Assembly (NCBI GenBank): GCA_965213965.1
Contig: OZ243925.1
Span: 1,936,403 to 2,000,402 of the forward strand
Reading direction: 5' to 3'
DNA from: Phototrophicaceae bacterium
GTDB taxonomy: Bacteria; Chloroflexota; Anaerolineae; Aggregatilineales; Phototrophicaceae
Length of the DNA: 64,000 nt
Under the pieces are notes generated by a model. That model was given only the letters and a program-made list of their open reading frames with translations. It was not told the DNA's origin and did not search any database. A program made the translations under genes and the position numbers. Every line of letters begins with the position of its first letter. The stretch's first letter is position 1. Positions 26,943 through 35,894 of the stretch are shown here, one piece after another.

Positions 26943-28250
26943 TTACTTCGCCACACGCAGGGTTACTTCAACCTGCAGTAGCTCGCCGCCGCGCAACACA
27001 TCCAGGCTGACGACTTCGCCAGGCTCGTGGAAGTAGATGCGGTTGCGCAGGTCAAGCTCTTGCGTTACTGCTTGGCCAGCCACCGCCACGATGATGTCGC
27101 CTTCCAGGATACCAGCCGCCTGGGCCGGCAAGCCTTCAATCACCTCGACGATGTAGGCGCCGTTGGCAATTTCTGTGTTTTGGAGGTATTCGCTATCCGG
27201 CGCCAACTGCAGATAGCGCACGCCCAGCGTAACTTGTTTTTCGTGCAAACCCAGCCATTGGCTGCTATCTTGCTCGGCGGGTTTGGCATGCCCCAGCATC
27301 AGCAGGGCGGCTGCCGAACCAGGCACATCAAGCTGCAGGGTGTCGGTTGCGCGCGCCACGGTCAGTTTGATCGTCTCGCTCGCAAAGAGGCTGTCGGCTT
27401 GGGCGATAGGCTCGCCATTGGCTTCGGTAACGACATCATAGGCGCGCAATCCCGCTTCATACAGGTCCTGCGCCGGGTTGATCTTCAGCACCTGTACGAA
27501 GTCATCGCCATAGCCCAGGCTGATCATGTCGGTGCTGTAGCGCGTCTTGATATCGGCACGCGGATGCGGACGACGGCGCGGTTTGCGGCGGCGGCGCTGG
27601 TCTTCCACGTTTGTCTCGAAGGCGAGTTCTTCATCACCACGCAGGACGACGATGCGCAAGGGGTCGCCTTCGGCCAAGTCGGCAACAGCGGCATCGGCTT
27701 GCGGGATGTTGCTAACGCGCGCGCCATCAATTTCCACGATTTCATCGTAGAGCTGGAAGCCAGCATCCGCGACGGGCGAGCCACGATAAGCGCCGATGAC
27801 CAGCAGATGGTCGCCACATTCGCCAACGAAGAGACCGATGCTCGCCAAGTCCAGCGGCATGGGGTAGTCGGGGTTATTGAAGACATCTTCGGGCCGCGCC
27901 ATCAGGGTCAAGGAGCGCTCAAAAGCCTGGCCATCGCGCAGCAGGCTTAGCTCAATGCGGCTGCCGACATCGTATATCCAGACCAACTCGCGCACAGTCT
28001 CTACCTGGATCGCCTCGCCATTGACCGCGGTGACGATGTCGGTAGGCTGCAATTCGGCGGCAGCGGCTGGCGTGTTGGGAATGACGCCGGTGATGAACAA
28101 GCCATCTTCAAGGCCTGTGTAGCGGATGCCCATGAAGGGCACGGTGGAACTGTCTGTATCGGCTGCGTCCTGTGCGAATGCCACTGCAGAACCCAGCAGC
28201 AATGCAGTAACGACCAGCAATCGAATCAACACACTTGTTACAGTTTTCAT
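26943..28250 (-). CDS. Secreted protein with about four PDZ domains and no protease domain
   Basis: Signal peptide MKTVTSVLIRLLVVTALLLGSAVAFA. Repeated PDZ-like segments (G..I..V...(S/T)PA..AG....D.I..(V/I)(N/D)G). Poly-basic linker RRRRKPRRRPHPR. Confidence 0.8.
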   Translation of the reverse strand: MKTVTSVLIRLLVVTALLLGSAVAFAQDAADTDSSTVPFMGIRYTGLEDGLFITGVIPNTPAAAAELQPTDIVTAVNGEAIQVETVRELVWIYDVGSRIELSLLRDGQAFERSLTLMARPEDVFNNPDYPMPLDLASIGLFVGECGDHLLVIGAYRGSPVADAGFQLYDEIVEIDGARVSNIPQADAAVADLAEGDPLRIVVLRGDEELAFETNVEDQRRRRKPRRRPHPRADIKTRYSTDMISLGYGDDFVQVLKINPAQDLYEAGLRAYDVVTEANGEPIAQADSLFASETIKLTVARATDTLQLDVPGSAAALLMLGHAKPAEQDSSQWLGLHEKQVTLGVRYLQLAPDSEYLQNTEIANGAYIVEVIEGLPAQAAGILEGDIIVAVAGQAVTQELDLRNRIYFHEPGEVVSLDVLRGGELLQVEVTLRVAK

Positions 28251-28325
28251 GGTGCGGCGCCCCCCTATCGTCTCCGAGACTGAATTGATCAGCTACTTAC
28301 CTTGATAATTGCCTTCTTGAGCAAC

Positions 28326-28354
28326 ACTCTAACCGATTTGTGCCTGGTCGTCAA
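28326..28354 (-). promoter_or_regulatory. Sigma70-type promoter for the PDZ gene
   Basis: On the minus strand: TTGACG (28354-28349), 17-nt spacer, TAGAGT (28331-28326). Confidence 0.5.
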
Positions 28355-28387
28355 ACGAATGACGGTTTTTCTATGCGGGAAATTCGC

Positions 28388-29413
28388 TCAGCGATTGTTG
28401 TCATTTTTGCCGAACAGCCGCCGCGTGATCGCCCCGCCAAACAAGCTGCCCGCGATCGTATCTTGCATGCCCACTTTTTGGGTGGGCTGCTCGTCCCAAT
28501 CTCCCTTGTGCCGCCGATTGATCCAAAGCTGATATTCGTCGGAAGCAGACATCAAGAAGGCTTCGATGGCGTCTTCGTCATGGTCAGCCAGCGCGCCGCG
28601 CAGCTCGTGCAGTTGGGCGGTCATCTGGTCAATCGCGCGCCCCAGCCCATCGCGATTGGCCAGCCATTCATCGCGCAGCGCATCAGGATGGTGCGTCAAC
28701 AGGTAGCGCGTCAACACATTGAAAGGCGGGTTCGTCAGCCGTTGTGCATCCGCCCAGGCGCTGTGTCTCATCGCGGCACGAAAAGCGGCGATGCTCAATA
28801 CCTGCGGGATGCCTTCGGTCAGGGCTGTCAGGCTGTCGTGTTCAGCGGCGTCGAGGAAGTGCGGCTTTGCGCCCAGGATCGCGGCGAAATTCACCGCCAG
28901 ATCAATGGCTTCGGGCAGGCTGCGCAAGCCCGGCGTGAGGAAGATGGCGCTGTCATGAAAGTAGTGATCGCTGGCGCAGCCCGGCTCCAGCCGATGATCC
29001 AGCAGATAATCCGCATTGATGACGGGCGTAAAGCCGATGACATGGTGCTCCTCGCCCAGCAGGTCAGCCGCCCAAGCCAGCGAGGGCTGTTTGACCGCGG
29101 CGGTATCCAGGATAACCACGCCATCACGCAACCACGCGCCGATCAATTCATAGCCCACGCGCAGGTCTTCATAGGGCAGGTTCATCACGACGACATCGGC
29201 CGCCTCGACGGCAGCGTGGATCTTGCGTTCGATTTTGGCGAATACTTTTAATTTGCGGGCTGCTTTCTCATAATCATCGCGGCTGTCGTGCCCTACCAGG
29301 GTAAATTGATGCCGCCCGCCTTTTTCTGTGTAGGAGCGCAGACGCAGGGCGATGGAAGCGCCCAGTCGGTCCAGCCCCAATATGGCCACAGTCAATTCTG
29401 CCATGTCGCGCAC
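28388..29413 (-). CDS. Prephenate/arogenate dehydrogenase-like (TyrA-fold) protein, probably non-canonical
   Basis: Rossmann start VAILGLDRLG and the TyrA-like dimerisation region (AEHDSLTALTEGIPQVLSIAAF). The position of the conserved GGHPMAG reads GFTPVIN, so there is no His. The C-terminal tail is amphipathic and basic. Confidence 0.6.
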   Translation of the reverse strand: MRDMAELTVAILGLDRLGASIALRLRSYTEKGGRHQFTLVGHDSRDDYEKAARKLKVFAKIERKIHAAVEAADVVVMNLPYEDLRVGYELIGAWLRDGVVILDTAAVKQPSLAWAADLLGEEHHVIGFTPVINADYLLDHRLEPGCASDHYFHDSAIFLTPGLRSLPEAIDLAVNFAAILGAKPHFLDAAEHDSLTALTEGIPQVLSIAAFRAAMRHSAWADAQRLTNPPFNVLTRYLLTHHPDALRDEWLANRDGLGRAIDQMTAQLHELRGALADHDEDAIEAFLMSASDEYQLWINRRHKGDWDEQPTQKVGMQDTIAGSLFGGAITRRLFGKNDNNR

Positions 29414-29448
29414 TCCTTGGTCAGCCTCGGGTCATTTTAGCACAGTAA

Positions 29449-29976
29449 TCAACTGCGGTTATCGGCGTGTTGCAAAGCCACCAGCTGGGCATGCAGGGGC
29501 TGGCTGCCCAGCGAGTGGGCGTCGCTTTGGTGATGCTCCACCAGCCAGACGACAGCCGCTTCCGTGCCGCAAGCCCGCAAGATCTCGCCACTCCAGCGCG
29601 GGTGATGCGCGCGCACACGGAAGGGCGCGCGCCAGAAGGTCAGCTCGTCGCCGGCGCTGAGGCGGGCGTACCAGCCTGGCGCCAGCGATTTGACCAGCAC
29701 AGCCGCGCTCTTTTGCCAGACAGCCAGCGGATAACGCGACTTGCCGATATCATGCAGCAGGGCGGCTTTGCGCAGGCTCTGCGGGGCAGTTGCATCGGCG
29801 CTGGTAACTGCCCGCAAAACGCGCAGGCTGTGCAGTTGGTCGGCGCGCGACAATCGGCAAAATGCGGCATATTCGCAATCGGACAGCAAGCGCCGCGCGT
29901 GAGCTAGATCGGGACGCGAAGCAACAGCCAGCCCGGCGCGCAGCCCTTGTCCCAGCCGATACAGCAGCCTGGACAT
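29449..29976 (-). CDS. HD-domain protein
   Basis: LHSLRV...ALLHDIGK (H...HD) motif. Confidence 0.7.
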   Translation of the reverse strand: MSRLLYRLGQGLRAGLAVASRPDLAHARRLLSDCEYAAFCRLSRADQLHSLRVLRAVTSADATAPQSLRKAALLHDIGKSRYPLAVWQKSAAVLVKSLAPGWYARLSAGDELTFWRAPFRVRAHHPRWSGEILRACGTEAAVVWLVEHHQSDAHSLGSQPLHAQLVALQHADNRS

Positions 29977-29980
29977 GCCG

Positions 29981-30724
29981 CTAGAACAAGAGCAATTGGA
30001 TGATGGTGGTGGTCGGCTGGCCCACGAAGAGGCTGAAGGGGCTGGTCCCGCCCAGCGGGATGAAAGACAGGAAGATCAGCGCGAGGAAGACATAATAGCT
30101 GGCCATGCGCCAATCGCGCCATTTGAAAGCCGGGAACTGCAGGAAATCCGCCAGCGGCCGCGCATGTTGCTGGATAGCCACGGGGATCTGCATGCGGTCC
30201 AGCCACTCGCCGGGCAGCAGCGCCTGCACAATGTGCCAGCCATCGATGGGAAATAGCGGAATCAGATTAAAGACGAAGAGCAGCACATTCCAAAACACGC
30301 TGGCATACAGCAGCGCCGCCAACAGCGCCAGCGGGTCGGCAATCTGGTCGGGCAGATGATAGGCATAATAGCCCACTACGCTCCAGCCGCCCAAACGCAA
30401 TAGCAGCGCCGAAACAATAGCCAGCACCAGGTTGGAAAGCGGCCCCGCCGCCACCGCCGCCAGGAAGCCGCGCCGCGGGTCGCGCATGCGCTCCGCGGAA
30501 ATCGGCGCGCTGCCCAATACGCCAAAGCCGATGATGGCGAACATCAGCCAGCCCAGCCAATTGATATGCACGAAGGGGTTCAAAGTCAGCCGACCCTGCA
30601 ACTTTGGCAGGTCATCGCCCATCTTCCAGGCCACATAATTGTGCGCGAATTCGTGCACGGTCATGGCGCAGCCCAGCACGATCAAGTTGATGAGGATAAC
30701 CAGCGGATGAAGATCCAGTAGCAT
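29981..30724 (-). CDS. Site-2 protease family (peptidase M50) membrane metalloprotease without a PDZ domain
   Basis: HEFAHNYVA (HExxH) in TM1, a downstream NL.PL.P.DG motif, and multiple TM segments. Confidence 0.85.
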   Translation of the reverse strand: MLLDLHPLVILINLIVLGCAMTVHEFAHNYVAWKMGDDLPKLQGRLTLNPFVHINWLGWLMFAIIGFGVLGSAPISAERMRDPRRGFLAAVAAGPLSNLVLAIVSALLLRLGGWSVVGYYAYHLPDQIADPLALLAALLYASVFWNVLLFVFNLIPLFPIDGWHIVQALLPGEWLDRMQIPVAIQQHARPLADFLQFPAFKWRDWRMASYYVFLALIFLSFIPLGGTSPFSLFVGQPTTTIIQLLLF

Positions 30725-30838
30725 GTGCCTGCCTCGCTTTTGGCTGCCGCGTCTATTTCACTATAGCGCAATCTGCGCGCAGGTGGCAGGGCTTTACACG
30801 CTTCTAACATTCAGCAGGGCATTGCAATAAAAGCAAGC

Positions 30839-30890
30839 AGGTCTTGCGAATGGAATCTGCGTCGGGGCGAGCCATTGGGCCGCCCGCTTA
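30839..30890 (-). repeat. Partial copy of the hairpin repeat family
   Basis: GTCTTGCGAATGGAATCTGCGTCGGGGCGAGCCATTGGGCCGCCC parallels GTCCTGCAAATTGAATCTGTGTAGGGGCGAGG at 23861. Confidence 0.5.
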
Positions 30891-30938
30891 GCCTCACCAG
30901 CCCGGGGGGACCGCGAGGGGCATTTTGTAAAGAAGCGA

Positions 30939-32216
30939 ATGCGGCGAGTTTGCCGCATGACAGACTTGCTTTCACCTATGAGCCGATATTGCCCAATTGA
31001 TGGTACAGTATTGCCGCCATCTGTTTTAGCGAAGCATGTCGTGAAGGTGCTGGCTGTGGGCAAACGCGTGCTCTTTCTTTTTTCCGATACCGGCGGGGGA
31101 CATCGCTCAGCCTTTCAGGCGATCCAGGATGCTTTGGCTATCCGCTATGGCTCGGCTATGGAATTTGACGCTGTGGATGTCCTGCGCGAGTTGCGCTGGC
31201 CCCTCAACAAACAGCCAGAATTGTATCCGCGCATGGTCAATACCTCGAAGTTCCTGTGGGCGTTGATGTATCACAGCTTCGATGGCAAGCAGCGCTCGAG
31301 CCTGGCGCGCCAGCTCATCTACCGCAACAACCGCCGCAAACTGCGCAGGTTAGTCCGCGAGCGCCCTGCCGATGTTGTCGTTTGCACACACTCCGTCATT
31401 GTTAATCCCACCTTTCGCGCTTTCATGACGCTCGATGAACGGCCGCCTTTCCTGACCGTCGTTACCGACCTGGTTACCACGCCATCGCTATGGTATGACC
31501 CGCGCGTTGATCACTGTTTTGTACCGACCGAAAGCGCCTATCGCCGCGGCTTGCGCCTGGGCATGTCGCCGAGCCAGATGCAAGTAACTGGCTTGCCAGT
31601 CAACCCGCATTTCCTGGATTCAATGACCAGCAAAGACGAAGCGCGCGCTGAATTTGGCTTCGAGCCGGAGTTGCCGGCTGTGCTGCTGGTCGCGGGCAGC
31701 GAAGGCATGGGCGGGATAGACAAGCTGGTCGCCGCGCTGGATGCCCAAGGGCTGGATGCGCAGTTGGTGGTCGTCTGTGGGCGCAACGCTGCATTGCGCG
31801 CCCGGTTGGCAAGCCGCGCCTGGAACAATCGCCATCATCTCTTTGGCTATGTAACCAATTATCGAGAGATGCCGCGCATCATGGCGGCTTGCGACATCAT
31901 CGTGACCAAAGCGGGCCCCTCGACCATCAGCGAAGCCGCTATCGCTGGTTTGCCCATGATCATCAGCGATCGTATCCCCGGGCAAGAAAGCGGCAATGTG
32001 CGCCTGGTTACTGAAAATCGCGCTGGCGTCTACCTGCCCAAGCCGGAGCAGGTTGCGCAGCGCATACAACAATGGCTGGCTGAGGGGCCAGCAGCCTTGC
32101 AGCAGCGCGCAGACAATGCCCGCCGTATCGCCAAACCCGATGCGGTTTGGGATATTGCGGATGCCGTCTGGGCATGGGCGCACCGCCCAAAATTCAAAAA
32201 GCCGCGCCAAGTTTGA
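30939..32216 (+). CDS. MGDG-synthase-family (GT28) diacylglycerol glycosyltransferase
   Basis: LFLFSDTGGGHRSAFQAI N-terminal motif and a GT-B C-terminal half (TKAGPSTISEA...G.P). The start is uncertain (30939 or 30957). Confidence 0.8.
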   Translation: MRRVCRMTDLLSPMSRYCPIDGTVLPPSVLAKHVVKVLAVGKRVLFLFSDTGGGHRSAFQAIQDALAIRYGSAMEFDAVDVLRELRWPLNKQPELYPRMVNTSKFLWALMYHSFDGKQRSSLARQLIYRNNRRKLRRLVRERPADVVVCTHSVIVNPTFRAFMTLDERPPFLTVVTDLVTTPSLWYDPRVDHCFVPTESAYRRGLRLGMSPSQMQVTGLPVNPHFLDSMTSKDEARAEFGFEPELPAVLLVAGSEGMGGIDKLVAALDAQGLDAQLVVVCGRNAALRARLASRAWNNRHHLFGYVTNYREMPRIMAACDIIVTKAGPSTISEAAIAGLPMIISDRIPGQESGNVRLVTENRAGVYLPKPEQVAQRIQQWLAEGPAALQQRADNARRIAKPDAVWDIADAVWAWAHRPKFKKPRQV

Positions 32217-32223
32217 ACCCCGC

Positions 32224-33306
32224 TCAGCGCTCGACCATGCGCCCGAGATAGACGCCATCCGCCACTTTGCTGATCGCCTGGTCGGCCAGCCGCAGCTTCC
32301 AGGTGCCAGCCGCATCGACAGTTGTGAAGAGCAACGCGCTGTTGCCTTCGCTGAAGGCGAGTGGGCGGACCACGGTCGGCAGGGGGCGGCTGATGATTTC
32401 TTGGCTCGCCGCCAGCAGGTCAAGGCGCGCCAGCACAGTCCGATATCCAGCGCCAGGCTCGGCAGTGTCCTCGACATGCGACAGGGCATAAATTGCCATG
32501 CTGTCGTCGCCGCTAAGCAGCAAATTGCCGGCGTATGCATAATCGGCGAGGGGTAGCGCTGCGATCATTTGCGCCTGGCCCGATTCCAGCGCGAAGGCTT
32601 CCGCCGCGAACCCGCCCGCGCTGGTCCGCGTCAGCCGCAACATGACATCCGCGCCGATGCCGACCGCGCAATAGCAATTTTGCTCGCCGGGCAGCTGACG
32701 AGAGCGCACCTCGCCCGTGGCGAAATCCAGCGCAAACAGCCCTGTGCGCAGCAAATACGGGCCCGCCTCGACAACTTCGGCTGCGCGCACTTCCATGATG
32801 AGTTGCTCGCTTTGTGGTCGGAAAGCCACCGGCAACAAGCGGATGCCGGCTCGCGGACGATCCACCAGCAATTCGCGCAGCTTGTCGCCATCGCTGTCGG
32901 CTAGCCAAGTGGTGCTTGTCAACGACCCGTCGGGCAGCTGCTGCGCAATCGTCCAGGCGATGCGCGCGCCGTCCGCCGTTACAACCCAGTCGATGCTGTG
33001 GTCACCGGGCGCAAAGCCGATGAAAGGATGCTTGCGGACCGTGCCATCGCTCTGCGCCAGCTTGACTGTGCTGTCTTCGCTATCCAGGTAGATGACGCCG
33101 CTGGTGGTGACGCTGAATTGACTGCCAGGCGCTTCGACCTCGATTTCTTCGCCGCTCAACAGGTTGATGAAGCTGAGCCTCGGTGCATCCGCAGCTTGTG
33201 CATCGCGCAGCAAAAACACATCCCAGTGTTGTGCCGGCGGGTTGGCTTGCGCTTGCGCCAGAGACAGGCAGCCAAGCAGCAACAGCGTGATGAATAAGCC
33301 ATGCAT
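32224..33306 (-). CDS. Secreted hypothetical protein (beta-rich, possibly propeller-like)
   Basis: Signal peptide MHGLFITLLLLGCLSLAQA. I recognise no motif. It has its own consensus promoter. Confidence 0.65.
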   Translation of the reverse strand: MHGLFITLLLLGCLSLAQAQANPPAQHWDVFLLRDAQAADAPRLSFINLLSGEEIEVEAPGSQFSVTTSGVIYLDSEDSTVKLAQSDGTVRKHPFIGFAPGDHSIDWVVTADGARIAWTIAQQLPDGSLTSTTWLADSDGDKLRELLVDRPRAGIRLLPVAFRPQSEQLIMEVRAAEVVEAGPYLLRTGLFALDFATGEVRSRQLPGEQNCYCAVGIGADVMLRLTRTSAGGFAAEAFALESGQAQMIAALPLADYAYAGNLLLSGDDSMAIYALSHVEDTAEPGAGYRTVLARLDLLAASQEIISRPLPTVVRPLAFSEGNSALLFTTVDAAGTWKLRLADQAISKVADGVYLGRMVER

Positions 33307-33371
33307 CGCGTAAGAAATCCCCAGCCTGCGCAGCCGCTTGCCCCTGCTAGCTCAACAAAACAAGTGGGGCG

Positions 33372-33400
33372 ATTATACTGCTGGTGAGCCGAGGCGGCAA
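33372..33400 (-). promoter_or_regulatory. Sigma70-type promoter for 32224-33306
   Basis: On the minus strand: TTGCCG (33400-33395), 17-nt spacer, TATAAT (33377-33372). Confidence 0.55.
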
Positions 33401-33423
33401 TTTGTTTTGGCAACCGCAGGCAA

Positions 33424-33450
33424 GAAAAAAGCCCCGCGCTAGCGAGGCTT
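33424..33450 (-). terminator. Rho-independent terminator after the 52-aa ORF
   Basis: On the minus strand: AAGCCTCGC-TAGC-GCGGGGCTT (9-bp stem) followed by TTTTC. Confidence 0.65.
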
Positions 33451-33472
33451 CCCGACAAGAGCTGTCTGCGCC

Positions 33473-33631
33473 TTAGCTGGATTTGCGCGTGCGCCAGTGC
33501 TGACGTTGTGCCCACTCTTGCGCGTCGCGTTGCCGCCTTTTCTGCAAGAAACGCTCGATGCGCGCCTCTTCCATCAGCGCCTGCGCCCGTTGTTTGTGCC
33601 AGCTCGCACCTGTGAAGCTCAAGTTTTCCAC
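33473..33631 (-). CDS. Small (52 aa) highly basic hypothetical protein, monocistronic
   Basis: It is not in the ORF track (<60 aa). GTG lies 6 nt after AAGGAGG. Product: VENLSFTGASWHKQRAQALMEEARIERFLQKRRQRDAQEWAQRQHWRTRKSS, ending in TAA. A strong terminator follows. Confidence 0.55.
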   Translation of the reverse strand: MENLSFTGASWHKQRAQALMEEARIERFLQKRRQRDAQEWAQRQHWRTRKSS

Positions 33632-33811
33632 GATGTGCCTCCTTCACTCCCCAGCGTATACCTGCACACTAACATGATTGGGCAATACGAACAGGTAAAG
33701 CGCACGCTTTCTAAGACAGTTTATACAATGTCAGCTGGGCTTGTGCCATTCAGGTCTTTCACCGACAATCGCCAGCCAATACCAGCAGCCAGCCGGCAAG
33801 GAGAGTCGCCT

Positions 33812-34972
33812 ATGCGCCCCGTTACCATTTCCGCCATCAAGCTGCATGTGGTGGCGCTGCCCCTGGTCGAGCTGCTGACAACCAGCTATGGCGCGGAGCC
33901 CTTCAAATCCGCCATTTTGGTTGAAGCGCTCAGCAGCGATGGCTTGACTGGCTGGGGCGAAAGCGCGCTGAAAACGCAGCCGTCCTATGGTGCGGAAACC
34001 ATCTTGACTGCGCTGCACATCATGCGCGACTTCCTTGTGCCCAAGCTGCTGGGGCAGACTCTGCGCTCGCCCAGCGAAGTGCCGGCGCTATTGCGCTCGG
34101 TACGGGGCAACAAGCATGCGCGCGCGGGCATCGAAGCGGCAATCTGGGACTTGCTGGCCAAAGCCAACCAGCTGCGCCTGGCGGATTACTTCGCCGCCCA
34201 TTTGCCGCCCGGCCATGCCCCGCGCGAGCAAGTTTCTGTCGGCGTGAGCATCGGTATCCAGCCTACGTTGGAAGCGCAGTTGGCCTTGATTGCCAAGCGC
34301 CTGGACGAGGGCTATCAACGCATTAAGCTGAAAATCGCGCCAGGTTGGGATGTCGCCGTGGCGCAGGCGGTTCGCGCGCGCTTCCCCGCTATCACGCTGA
34401 TGCTGGATGCCAACAGCGCCTACACCTTGGATGATGCCGCCCACCTGCAAAAGCTCGATGCATTCGACCTGCTGATGATTGAGCAGCCGCTGGCACATGA
34501 TGACATCTACCAGCACAGCCGCCTCGCGCCGCAGTTGCAGACGCCGATCTGCCTTGACGAGAGCATCCACGCTGCGCATGACTGGCAGGTCGCCCAGGAG
34601 CTAGGCGCGGGCAGCATCCTCAACCTCAAGCCCGGCCGAGTCGGCGGCTTCAGCGAAAGCCTGGCGATCTATCAGCTGTGTGCCGAGACGAGGACGCCGT
34701 TGTGGATTGGCGGGATGCTAGAAACAGGCATCGGGCGCGCCGCCAACCTGGCTTTGGCAGCGCTGCCGGCGGTAACATTGCCCAGCGATATCTCCGCCAC
34801 CGACCGCTATTATGCCCCCGATATCACGGAGCCGCCCTTTGTCTTGGGCGCGGATAGTTCACTCAGCCTGCCGTCCGGCGCAGGCATCGGCGTGACTGTG
34901 CAGCGCGAGCGCCTGGCCGAAGCGCGCGAACGTTGGCGCCAGCACAATCCCTTCGCGCCGCTGTTTTCGTAA
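33812..34972 (+). CDS. Enolase-superfamily enzyme (o-succinylbenzoate synthase / N-acylamino-acid racemase type)
   Basis: ATG 33812 follows AAGGAGAG. It has the KLK, MLDAN, IEQP and LDES metal/catalytic motif series typical of the MR/MLE subgroup. Confidence 0.85.
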   Translation: MRPVTISAIKLHVVALPLVELLTTSYGAEPFKSAILVEALSSDGLTGWGESALKTQPSYGAETILTALHIMRDFLVPKLLGQTLRSPSEVPALLRSVRGNKHARAGIEAAIWDLLAKANQLRLADYFAAHLPPGHAPREQVSVGVSIGIQPTLEAQLALIAKRLDEGYQRIKLKIAPGWDVAVAQAVRARFPAITLMLDANSAYTLDDAAHLQKLDAFDLLMIEQPLAHDDIYQHSRLAPQLQTPICLDESIHAAHDWQVAQELGAGSILNLKPGRVGGFSESLAIYQLCAETRTPLWIGGMLETGIGRAANLALAALPAVTLPSDISATDRYYAPDITEPPFVLGADSSLSLPSGAGIGVTVQRERLAEARERWRQHNPFAPLFS

Positions 34973-34998
34973 TATCAGGTTATCATGCGAATAGTATT

Positions 34999-35060
34999 GG
35001 TAGGGGAGAGGCTTGCCTCAGCGCCTCTGCGGCAATAAACCTTTGTGCGCTTCGTGTGTT
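34999..35060 (-). repeat. Partial or degenerate copy of the repeat family (hairpin plus terminal motif)
   Basis: GGTAGGGGAGAGGCTTGCCTC...GCGGCAATAAACCTTTGTGCGCTTCGTG parallels GTGGCAAAAACCTTTGTGCTTCG at 45609. Confidence 0.45.
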
Positions 35061-35095
35061 TGTGGTTATTTTTGTATAACTCACCGTGTTTTACG

Positions 35096-35710
35096 TTAAT
35101 ACGGACAATGATAGCTGACGGCCGGCAAGTTCTTGCGCGGGTCGCCGCCCATGTCAAAGCGCATAATCGCCGCCGTGGCCGGATAGTCGACTGGCAATTT
35201 GTAAACGCGCAGGCGGTCTTTCATCAGTGCTTCGGGCACATGGCCCTGCGCATGCAGCCAGGGGAAAACCAAGACATCCCCATGCCCGACAGCGGCTACC
35301 ACTTTGCCGGCATGTTGTTCACGCACAAATTCGAAAAAATCCAGCACCCGCTCCAGCACGACCTGGGGCGTTTCGTAGGGCGGCTTGTTGCCCGTGTACA
35401 AATCCCAGCCCATCTGCGCCATTTCGGCGGTCGGGCGACCCTCATAGGGTGTGTGGACTTCGATTAAGCGCTGGTCAATCCTTGGCGAGGGCCCGCCCAA
35501 TTCTTCGGCGACGATGGCGGCGGTTTCTTGCGCGCGTTGCATGGGGCTGCAATATATCGCTTGTATCGCCTTGCCCGCCAGCCACTTGCCAGCCGCGCGC
35601 GCCTGCGCTCTGCCCGCCTCGCTCAGCTGGTAGCCAGGCAAGCGACCATACAAGATCGCCTGGGGGTTGTGCACTTCTCCATGCCGCATCAGGTACAGGG
35701 TGGTATTCAT
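35096..35710 (-). CDS. Histidine phosphatase (phosphoglycerate mutase) family protein
   Basis: LYLMRHGE (RHG) motif and a downstream GHG. Confidence 0.85.
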   Translation of the reverse strand: MNTTLYLMRHGEVHNPQAILYGRLPGYQLSEAGRAQARAAGKWLAGKAIQAIYCSPMQRAQETAAIVAEELGGPSPRIDQRLIEVHTPYEGRPTAEMAQMGWDLYTGNKPPYETPQVVLERVLDFFEFVREQHAGKVVAAVGHGDVLVFPWLHAQGHVPEALMKDRLRVYKLPVDYPATAAIMRFDMGGDPRKNLPAVSYHCPY

Positions 35711-35894
35711 TTAGACGCCTTTCGTCAGGGTCGCGCCAGTCTAGCAGTTGCCGCGCGCTTGCGCAATCGCCCTGTTTCTATGCATGAGAACTGTGGCTAA
35801 CGATATGCCGCGCTTTCGCCTATCATCATGTAGAGCGTAGTAATGCTTGGGAAGGCGCCCGTTGCAGCCAGAGCCCCGCGTATTTGACCGCCGC

